Shown here piece after piece: positions 23,401 through 35,400 of a DNA stretch of 64,000 bases. The position numbers and the translations under genes are program-made. Below the pieces are notes generated by a model. The model searched no databases and was not told where the DNA came from. It saw only the letters and a program-made list of their open reading frames with translations. The stretch comes from Octopus sinensis (lineage: Eukaryota). The number at the start of each line of letters is the position of its first letter. The first letter of the stretch is position 1. Where the stretch lies: positions 69,006,001 through 69,070,000 of the forward strand of contig NC_042998.1 in NCBI RefSeq assembly GCF_006345805.1, written 5' to 3'.

Positions 23401-26400
23401 GACTGTCCGTAAACGAAGTGATCCCAAGATAAGAAATCCTTGAACTTTAATTCATCCCGTATTTCTATTTATTATTATTATTTATTAATTATTATTATTC
23501 TGATCCCCCTAGACGCCACTCTGTTTACTATTTCAGCCTCGCCTCGTTTTTGCATATTCTGTATAATTCACTAGTTATCGTTATAGATATTTAAGATCTA
23601 TTCTCCCTTACAGGGCTGATAGAAATTGGCTGCCGATTCTTCGCGGCGCGCCCGCCCTACCCACCCCCACCACCAATACCGAATATCTCTATTTTGCTCC
23701 AACTATACCGGATGTCGTTTCTCCCACCACCATTATAGGTGTCTACTCTTTGAACCCCCCTCTTCAATACGCTATTTCACCATGCATTACCCCTCTCTCG
23801 ATATCCTACGTTCTACTTGCCTAGAACCTGTCCTCGGAACCACCCCTCCCACTGGTGTTCCCCTATATTTCTGCACCCCCTCACCACCATTATAGATGTC
23901 TACTCTTTGAACCCCCCTCTTCAATACGCTATTTCACCATGCATTACCCCTCTCTCGATATCCTACGTTCTACTTGCCTAGAACCTGTCCTCTGAACCAC
24001 CCCTCCCACTGGTGCTCCCCTATATTTCTGCACCCCCCACCACCATTATAGGTGTCTACTCTTTGAACCCCCCTCTTCAATACGCTATTTCACCATGCAT
24101 TACCCCTCTCTCGATATCCTACGTTCTACTTGCCTAGAACCTGTCCTCTGAACCACCCCTCCCACTGGTGCTCCCCTATATTTCTGCACCCCCCCACCAC
24201 CATTATAGGTGTCTACTCTTTGAACCCCCCTCTTCAATACGCTATTTCACCATGCATTACCCCTCTCTCGATATCCTACGTTCTACTTGCCTAGAACCTG
24301 TCCTCTGAACCACCCCTCCCACTGGTGCTCCCCTATATTTCTGCACCCCCCCACCACCATTATAGGTGTCTACTATTTGAAGCCCCCTCTTCAATACGCT
24401 ATTTCACCATGCATTACCCCTCTCTCGGTATCCTACGTTCTACTTGCCTAGTACCTGTCCTCTGAACCATCCCTCCCACTGGTGCTCCCCTATATTTCTG
24501 CACCCCCCCCCATAAAAAGCACCATCCGAACGTGGCCGATGCCAGACCCCTCTGGCACCTGTGCAGGTGGCACGTAAAAAACACCCACTACACTCGCGGA
24601 GTGGTTGGCGTTAGGAAGGGCATCCAGCTGTAGAAACACTGCCAGACTAGACTGGAGCCTGGGGCAGTCCCGAGCTCCCCAGACCCCGGTCGAAACCGTC
24701 CAACCCGTGCTAGCGCGGAAAACGGACGTTAAATGATGATGATGATGATCATCATCATCACATTGTTTACATAGACATATTTGTATACGAAATGTCGTAA
24801 CTTTCAGTGCTGGCTCTAGTTTCTACAGACAATCTGTAGAAATAACTTTAAAAAGTGATAAATATACGTGCTTATTTTTTTTGACTGGTGCCAGTGCCAC
24901 CTAAATAACACCTGTGCCAGTGGCACGTAAAAAGCACCATTCGAGCATGGTCAATGCCAGTGCTGCCTGATTGGCTCCAATGCCAGTGGCATCTAAAAAG
25001 CACCCACTACATTCTCGGAGTGGTTGGCATTAAGAAGGGCATCGAGGTGTAGAAACCTTGCCGGATCAGATTAGAGCCTGGTGCAGCCTCCTGGCCTGCC
25101 AGTCCTCAGTCAAGCCATCCAACCCATGCCAGCATGTAAAGCAAACGTTAAACGACAACAACGATGATGATGATATTGTAATTTGTGAACAATAGTGAAT
25201 TTGGTTACAGGTTTCTAAATAATAAAACCCTCCCTCCATCCATCCATCTGTTACTCACTATTTCTGGGAGGGTTACTGAAGTAGAGTCCTATGGCACTTC
25301 CTCCATAGGTTCCTGTCGGAACCATCTTTCCAGATGGATTCCCAAGATGGAATCAAAATTTCCAGATGGATTCCCAAATATCACTAACTGAAATTATGGA
25401 TATTATCTAACTATCTTCTTCTGGTTCCATCCTTAGGTCTCCTGCCAGTTGGTTCAGTTTGAAGAATCTGTCTTATGATTCTTTCCTGCAATATCTAAAA
25501 CATGTTCATAGTACTAGAGTTGTGACCTATCAATGCAGAGAATTAGTGGCTCAACATGGAAAGAGTCTCCGATCTCCGAGCTATGCACTCTGTTGAGTGA
25601 CATTACTCCAGAGATCAAACAAAAAGAAAAACAAACATTGCACGGCTGCCTTTTTGCAATCACTGACATTGTTAGAGGGTGATGCATGCATTTTACACGA
25701 CATTGCTGGAGTTCTAAGCATAGAAGTAACAAACTCCTATGGCCTCTCCTGACAAAGATATACAAGGGTTGGCCATCCAGCTCTGTATGCAAGAGGATAT
25801 TGCTCTACTAACTTCCTGAATGCTTGACAAGATCATGATGGACAGCAGGCAAACTTGCCCAGATGAAGAGGGTTCTAAAACCTTCCTTGTGATTCATCGT
25901 CATTGCTTGTTTTATTGTCTATTTTGTAAGCATGCATGCCTCCTATTCACATTATGCACTGTGGCTGTGTTTGCTTCTCAACCATATGGTTTTGTGTTCA
26001 GTGCCACTGTGTAACACCTTAGGCAAGTATTTTCTACTATAGCCACAGGACAACAAAAGCCTGCTGAGTAAATTTGGTAGATGGAAACTGAAAGAAGCCT
26101 GTCAAATACATATGTATATATCTACATGTGTATGTGTTTGTTTTCCACCACCACTTGACAACCAGTGTTGGTTTGTTTACATCCCCATAACTTAGCAGTT
26201 CTGCAAAAGAGACTGATGGAAAAAGTACCAGGCTGTTAAAAAAATAGTCCTGGGGTCAGTTCATTCGACTAAAAACTCTTCAATGTGGTGCTCCAGCATG
26301 GCCACAGCCTAACGACTGAAACAAATATAAGATACAAGCAATTTTGTTCATTTGCAACCTTGCGTGAAAACATGTCTGGCCATTGTGCCATTATTGCTCA

Positions 26401-29400
26401 AAGAACTATGGTGAAAATCACCTTGTATGGAGACAGGTGAGGGTTGGCAATAAGAGCAGTCAGTCATAGAAGATGTGCCTCAACAAAATCTGTCTGAGCC
26501 TTGATGATGAGGGTGATGATAAATACTGAGAAACAATTTTACAAAAGATACAACTTTTGCCATATATGGACAATAAGATGCAAACAAGCTTTAACTTGAT
26601 ACAGGTGTGGTTGTGTGGTTAAGAAGTTTGCTTTATAATAACATGATTTTGGATTCAGCCTTGCTACATGACACCGGGAGAAAATGTTTTCTACTGTAGC
26701 CCCAGCAGGTTTAGGGTTGACTAAGTTTATTTAATATCTGAAGAGCTGAAATTTATGTAACATGATACAAATGCATTAAACAAATTTCCAGAGAAACAAG
26801 TCACAAACTTAAATGCCATTCGTCTATAGCAGGGCTGGGGAAACTACCACCTGCTTGCACAATTGCGCCCGTGAGCCCATTTTATTGCGCCCACAGGCTG
26901 GTATACTTGTATGTACAAAATATAAATTTTTCAATTATAAAATTTGTACAATATTCATATGCCTACTTGCGACATAGATTGTGTTTCCATTACGACATAA
27001 AATGGTCAGACCTGAACAGAAATTGTCCAGTAATTGCCATTTGAATGGAAATTTTGCTTTCATTATAAAACACATATTGATGTGTTTGTACCACCTCCTT
27101 GAGACCCAACTATACTCTAGCTGAAAAATATAGAAACCTCATAAGTAATATAAACGTCCTAAATTCAGTGGTAGCGTTAATGAAAATGTTGTGTTAATTT
27201 AATGTCTTAAACTTATTATTAATGTGTCTCAAATTCTACATAGATATATACAAGATTTACACAGATATGAGTTAGAACTTGTGATGCGCCGGTGGACCTT
27301 TTTCTTCGGAAATTGTTGCCAACCGCACTAAAACGTTTCCCCAACCCTGGTCTACAAAAAGCACTTTGTTGGTGCTTGTATGGCAGGCGCAAGCGTAATG
27401 AAAACAGCTGAAATGTTTGGTGTATCAAGAAGTACTGTCTCGAAAGTAATGACAGCTTTTGAGAAAGAGAGAAAAAAACCCTCATCGAAACAAAACTCCG
27501 GAAGAAAGCTAAAACTTTCAGATAGGGAACATCGGACTCTTACGCGAATTCTTAGAAAGGATCACAAAAATACAGCTCCAAAGCACTGGTAGTGTTGTCA
27601 ATAAAAAGCACTGGTGTTGATGCCATGTAAAAAGCACCCAGTATACACTGCAAAGTAGTTGGTATTAAGAATGGCATCCAGTCATAGAGACCAGGCCAAA
27701 TAGACAATGGAGCCTGGGGTAGTTCCTGCCTAACCAACACCTATCAAACCATCCAACCCATGCCAGCATGGAGAATGGATATTAAGTGATGGTCATGAGG
27801 ATGGAGTGTTAGATTTGCAAAACTGTTATTTTAGACTCACCGTAACTGTTTGCGAATGACATAAATACGAGATTCTCCAGCAGCCACCATTTCTCGAATT
27901 TTATCCTGAACTCTTGGATGTAACCGGGAGGACAATGCATTGTTTTTGGCTTCAAGCTCTAAATCAATAGCTGTATCGTATTTGGGTGAGGCTGGTTCTA
28001 CATTCTCTGCATGAAACTCATGCGCATTTTCAGTGGGCAGTTGTACATAATACCTGAATGGAAAGAGAAAAAAAAAGACTAAATAAATGCAATTTTTTTT
28101 TTTTAAAGCAAAGACACACCAGAAATACAGGGGTTGGACAAAATAATGGAAACACCTAGCATCATAACAAATTTTAAGGTGTTTCTATTATTTTGTCCAA
28201 CCCCTATATAACAAATCAAATTTCAAATGTCCTTGTCTTGGTTAATGTTGGTTCATGGCTGAGTGATTAAGTTTACTTTGGAACCTTATGTTTAGGGGTT
28301 CAGTCCCACTGCACAGACACAGTTGAGTGACATCTTGTATTATAGCATTGGGTTGATCAACAAAATTGATAGATGGAAACTGAAGAAACTCATAAACCAT
28401 CATCATCATTTAATGGCTGTTTTCCATATTGGCATCAGTTTGGACGGTTTGACAGGAGTTGCACCCGGTTATGTTGTCCGTTTTGGCATGAATTTTACAG
28501 CTAGATTACATTCCTAATGCCAACCACTTTACAGAGTGGACTGGGTGCTTTTTAGGTAGAACAAGCACCAGTGCTTTTAACATGGCACCATACACACACA
28601 TGTATACATGTATGTAAGCATTTGTCTTATTTTCTTTAGTCTTCACATGTGTTTGTTGATTGTAAGCAAAAGCTTCACTGTTCATACAACTAGTGTCCTT
28701 TGCTTGTGGTCCACACAAAAGCATGTTCAGGCTTCTTGACATATCATGCAATCCTTAGAAACAAAAGGTTCTTTGAACTGGTGTTGTTTTCGATTCCAGT
28801 GCTCCGTATAACCAAGTCTGACCTGTCTTTTGGTCAATAGACTGGTGGGGAATTATTACCTTGCTTGGAAATAAGTGGGGAGCTGGAATCAGGAAGGGTG
28901 TCTGGTCATAGAAAACTCTTCTCCTAATGTAGGCTCATTTGAACCATGCGAGCATGGAAAAGTAAGCATGATGATGATGATGATAAAACTTATCAGAAAA
29001 ACAACAACTTAGGACAAAAAATAAAAAAATTATAAAATCAGGATGGGACGCACCTTTCTTGACCAATGTTTTCAAGGCAAGAAGATTTTAATTCTTGAAA
29101 TCGTTTGTCCATTGAAATTTTTAATGATCTTTTATCTTGCATTAAATCAACTGTAAATTCAGGGAATTTTTTAACTTTTTTGATGTAAATCCTGTAAAAT
29201 GTAAAGAAAAAGGAACTTTAATGTTGTGTTTTTTCATAAGTAGAGGCAAGTTCCCTGGCTTGAGGTCCTGCAAGAACTGGAAAAGATGCAAAAAAACAGC
29301 CATATTTAACCCTTATGTTTACCATATTTCAGTTGAAATATACTGGTTTTATTTTGATTAATTTTGAAAATAATGGAAAATTTAGTGAAATATTTTAGTT

Positions 29401-32400
29401 GTTATTAACATAAAACTAACATTTTCTTATGGAAGGTTTTAATTTAGAACACTTTAACCCTTTTGTTACCCTATTTCTCTCAAAATTCACTGCTGTCCTT
29501 TCAATTAATTTTGAAAATAATGAAGAATTTAGAAAACTAACTTTATCATTATTACACTGGCATTTCAAACAAAAGTAAACATGAAATTTTGATACCAGTT
29601 TTAATTTAGATCAGATTAATGCTATGTGAGTCTTAAAATTTCTTCTTGTCTTCCCATGCTGATAAGAAACAAAGGCTTCACTATCAAAGTGTCCTTTGAT
29701 TGCAGTTCACCATAAAAGCATATCCAGGCTTCTTGATGCCATAACATACTGTGCTTTCTTTGTAAACCTCGTATCATGAAGGTCCACATTGACACTCCAT
29801 CTCCTCCAACTAATCTCTCTTTCTAATACCACCCCAGTCACTCACACCTTCTCTTCTTCAATCTGAATAGCCACGGAGCCCCAAACAGCAAGAAAGCTGT
29901 TCTGTTTGGCCCCTTCTCTCATACTCTCACTTGACATCCCCTAATATAAAATCATCTCCCTCTACTTTAGCCCCACTTAGTTAAAGGAGATCTTTGTCTT
30001 ACACTTGTATGTATGAGTGCCATGAACTGGCATCAGGAAGGATTTCTAGCCCATAGAAACCATGCTAAAGTAGGCATTGGAACAAAACACATTCTTCAAA
30101 CCCATTGCATCCTGTCAAACCATCCAACCGATGCCAGTGTGGAACATGGTTATTAAATGATGATGATGATGAACATAAAAAGCAGAAAGAAATACCAAAA
30201 AGCATTTTGTCCAATGTTCTAATGATTCTGGCAATCCACCATCCTTACTTATATCATCATCCTCATCATTTAACATACGTTTTCCATGCTGACATGGGCT
30301 GGATGGTTTAACAGAAGCTGGCAAGCAATAGGGCTGCACCAGGCTCCAATTGTCTGCTTTAGCACGGTTTCTATGGCTGGATGCCCTTCCTAATGCCAAC
30401 CACTTTATAGAGTGTACTGGGTGCATTTTACATGGCATCAGTACTGACAGGGTCACCAAGTACCTTGTAAGACAAAAAACCCCTCAACTGGGAAGGAGCA
30501 GGCAATAGTATTGAGGTGGGTGTGGCTTTGTGCCAGATGAGAGATTTAAGGTATCGAGGGGACAGTTATAGGGGTCTTGCTGTAAAGTAGAAAGAACAGT
30601 GAGTTGGAGAGTATGTAAAGAGAGTAATGTAAAGAGAGTGATAGTGAGAGAAATGATGGAGGAGATATGATGGGACATGCCCTTAAGGGACATTGGGGGT
30701 GGTGAGAATAAGTGAGGTGATACAGAGGCTTGGGCTGGGTGAGTGGGCAGGATGAGGTGTTAAAACAATAAATACCATTTACAAATTAAAAGAAAGAAGC
30801 AGAATAAATGAATAAATATTACCGAGCAGGACAGGTTTGAGTGTATTCAGGTTTTTTATTATTCTGTTCAGCTTGTTTCTTCTTCAAGTTTCCTTTTCTC
30901 CGAGGACCAAACTGACATTCCATAACAATTGCCCGGCTTCCTGGCAGCAAAAATGGTAAAATTTCATCTATCTACATCACCTTTTGCTCACACTGTTTTC
31001 ATTACTTTAACTATTTAGCATTCTTATTACTGTCAAAAGTAATGCTTATTTATTCATATTATTTTGAATGAATCATGCATTATTTCATAACTTTGAGATC
31101 TCAAAGATGTGATTGCTTATGTTTAGAATGATATTGTAGAGAAGGTGTGAAAGGCAAGATCTAGCTAGTCTGAACGTAAAACAGGCAGTATATTTGGGCT
31201 GGATATCATCATCATCATCGTTTAATGTCTGCTTTCCATGCTGGCATGGGTTGGACGGTTTGACTGAGAACTGGCAAGCCAGAAGGCAGCACCAGGCTCC
31301 AATTTGATCTGGCAATGTTTCAACAGCTGGATGCCCTTCCTAACGCCAACAACTCCGAGAATGTAGTGGGTGCTTTTTACATGCCACTAGCATGGAAGTC
31401 AGTCAGGCGGCACTGACAATGACCTACGCATAAATGGTGCTTATTGGATGCCACCAGCATGGGAGCAAGTCAGGCGGCACTGGCATTGGCCACAACTACA
31501 ATTTCCTTTTTTATTTCTATTTGATTGTGATTCTGATTCTGATTTGATTTTGATTTTTGATTTTACTTGACTCAATAAGTTTCCTCAAGCACAGCATGTT
31601 GCCTGATGAAAACCACCCTCCTCTCTACTACAACTCCATGCAGCCAAGGTTTTTTCCTCGTCTTATTTGGTGACTTGATTAATGTTGGCATCAGAAAAAA
31701 GGATCAAGTTCTTTTTGTAAAGTGGTTGGAGTTTGCTAGTTGATAGTGTAGAAGAGAGGGAAAGAGTAAGGAATGCACAGTGCTGACTAGAAAGGATGAA
31801 GAGGATAAAGGTGGCATCGTCTTTGCTCACCATACGAATAGAACAGAGTGGTGACATTTAGTAGAGATGATCCGGAAGTTGTTCCTCTTCGATTACAATC
31901 GCAAACAGCAGTAGCTTTCTCCAACCAAATACACATCGTTCATTGATTGAAATTACCCAAATACGACAACTTTAACACAAAATAACTTCTAAGATACAAA
32001 ATTTTGTTAAAAATGTACACAGTAAACCATGTTCTATGTGAGAAATTCTACCAGTATTCGAAGATTCAAACTGTTTACTCATTTACTTGTTTCAATCATT
32101 TGACTGTGGCCATGATGGAGCACCGCCTTTAGTCAAGCAAATCAAACCCAGGACTTATTCTTTGTAAGCCTAGTACTTATTCTATCGATCTCTGTTGCCG
32201 AACCACTAAGTTACGGGGATGTAAACACACCACCATTTGTTGTCAAGCAATGTTGGGGGGGGGGAGACAAACATAAACATATAAACACACACACATACAT
32301 ATATATATGACGAGCTTCTTTCAGTTTCCATCTACCAAATCCACTCACAAGGCTTTGGTTGGCTCGAGGCTATAGTAGAAGACACTTGCCCAAGGTGCCA

Positions 32401-35400
32401 CGCAGTGGGACTGAACCCGGAACCATATGGTTGGTAAGCAAGCTACTTACCACAGAGCCACTCCTACGCCTGTAGTTAAAAAAATTAATTAAAAGATCTG
32501 TGATTGGGATGGAATAGATCCTCGACCTTACTTAAAGGCAGTGAGCTGACAGAATCATTAATTCGCTGGGCAAAATGCTCTTAGCAGCATTTCATTGGTC
32601 TGTATGTTCTCACTTTGAATTTCGCCAAGGTTGACTTTGTCTTTCATCCTTTCAGATTCAATAAAATAAGTATGTGTGGAACACTGAGGTCAATGTAATC
32701 GACTTAATCCCTCCTTCGAAATTGCTGGCCTTGTGCCGAAATTTGACACCATTACATTACTTGAAAAACAAGTGAAGTTTGGCAACAGGGAGAGCATTCG
32801 ATCAAAGGGCAATCTGCCTCAATAAACTCTATCCAACACATGCAAAAATTGAAAAATGGATGTTAAAATGATAATGATGGTGTTGATGAAGTAAACACTC
32901 ATCAACTTGCTACCAACACTCCATTGGTTGCATGACAAAGATTCCATCTGGTCCTCCACAGACATGTGTATCCTTAACGTAAGTTCTCAGGGAGATTCAG
33001 CATGACACAGAAAGTGACAAGGCTGGCCCTTTGAAATACAAGTACAACTTATTTTTGTCAGTTTAGTAGACTGGAGCAATGTGAAATAAAGTGTCTTGCT
33101 CGAGGACACAAGGTACTGCCAGGAATCGAACTCACAACCTTATTATTGGGGGCTGAATACCCTAACCACTAAGCCATGCGCCTTCACACTAATCAACTTA
33201 AAGCCCTAGAATTCTTAAAACATTCATAATCAGTGATCTCCCTTAAACTGACAAAGATTATCAGCAAAAGCAGGACATCCAACCATAAACATCTGACATC
33301 AGGATGTTACTGATAACACACCTAGAAGGTGCTTCTTTTCCGTTCACCAAAGTGAATGGAACTTTAGCCAGGGGGAACTGATGTCATCAGATGGTATCCA
33401 ATGACCATCAAGTATTTCAACCCTAAACTGTAACACATTCCTGTTGGTGGGTCTGCAGAGGTGGCTAGATCCCTGCTCCTCATCTCCTCTTGGCTTCCAG
33501 CTTAACTCCTCTCTGTTCTGCTCCATAACCAGCAAAAGGATCTTTCTTCTGCCTCTCCCATCCTAGGCACAGCCACCCTTTGCTCTTTTCCTCTCGTTCC
33601 AATGGTTGTAAGCATCCTTCTAAATGGCTGGACAGGGAATCCCCTACATCAAACTTCACTGTAAAACTCCATGACTGCCATCCCATTTCCTTGCATTCTT
33701 CTCTTTGACAATGTTACAAAATTTTTCGGAAATTAAATTAATTACATTTATGCATATAAAAGTTATTAGATACTTTTTATTTTCAATATGAAGAGATTTT
33801 TTTTTTCTTTTTCTTACCTGAATTCACAAAAGGGATCCCATCAAATGGGACATATTGAGACTTCCACATAAGGCGAGTTGAAGGTTTTGCAGGACTTGGA
33901 GACTGTCGAGTCCCCCAGTAACTGTGAGTTTGTTGTTTGTGGTAAGTTAGCAACAGGTCGACTTCTATCTCACTCTCAACATAACCTCGAAATGAGTTGC
34001 CAATCATCTGTTAATAAAAATAATTAGGATTATTATTTAAGCCATAAGAATTTAGAATTCTCTATCAGTTTTCCTGGTGTCTGAATCTAAAAGTTCTTTA
34101 TCTGGAACGAAGAAACATTGATGGTTGTAAAGGAATTTCTTAAGTTCTTTAAAATGTTTATGGATGAATTATTTCCCACTTTACAACACCAAGTGGATAT
34201 TGTCATCCTCCTCCTCCTCATCATTTTCAAGTCTTTGTTCAGATTGGGACTGTAGCAGAAGAGAATTGCCCAAGGTGCCATGCATATTTCCAAGACATGG
34301 CTGCATGGTTTGCTTCCCAACCATTTGGTTTCAAGTTCAGTTCCACTGCATGTCACCAAAGACAGATGTCTTCTACTACAGCCCTGTACTGACCAAAATC
34401 TTGTGAGAAGATTTGGTAGAAGGAAACTTGAAAGAAGCCAAGTTTATATATGTCTATGTGTGTGAGAAAGAGAGAGAGTTCATATTTTTGCATTGTTTGT
34501 AAATATGTTATTGCTCTTTCTCTTCTTTGGGTTCAGTTCCAATTTGCAGTGCCTTGGTCAAGGTCTTCAACTATAGTCCCAGGCCAACCAATGCTAGGTG
34601 AATGAGTCTTATAGATGGAAACTATGAAGAAGCCCATCATATGTATATATGTGTGTATATATGAATCTTTCCCAGTTTCGGTTTATTTACTTTCCTGAAA
34701 CTTAGCAGTTCAGCAAACGAGACCAATAGAGTAAGCATCAGGCTTTAAAAAAAAAACAATAACTAAATGCAGGGGTTAATCTGTTTCACTAAACCCTTCA
34801 AGTCAGTGCTCCAGCATGGCTGCAATGCAATGACTGAAAAATGGAAAAAAATAAAAGGTAGGTGTGGGTGTGTGGTAAGAAGCTTGCTCTCCAACCACAT
34901 GGTTCCAGGTTCAGCTCCACTGCATGGCACCTTGGGCAAGTGTCGTCTACTACGGCCTCAGGGTGACCAAAGCTTTGTGAGTGGATTTGATAGACTGTTG
35001 AAAAGGGGTCATTTGCCACTTTTGTATCTGTCTTTTGATGATGGTTGTTGCTCTGATAGATATTGTTATATTCCAAAGTTGTCGATAAAATGGTTCTATC
35101 TGGCACTGTACAACCCCCAGTCGTACAGTGTTATCCTCAAAAAGATTGGTTTTTTTATAACGTCCACTCAGTATCACAGTATGATTACTATATCAGCACA
35201 GACATGACTATTAACACAGTCGACGCATACTCTTGACCTTCCTGACTTTCTCTGTCGACCAGCTACTGGTCTATTTATAATGGTTGGTTACTACCACTTT
35301 TTACTAGGAGGGGTGTACAGTTTCACTATACAACATAGACAGAAACTGTAAGAACCCCATTGTACATGTATGTGTGTGTGTGTCTCTGTAAATATCTTTG

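Noticed and set aside
33344-33686. Two ORFs as extra CARF exons
   Set aside because: Exons 4 and 5 join directly through a conserved motif (FVNSG-SRAIV), and these ORFs are frameshifted pieces of a LINE.
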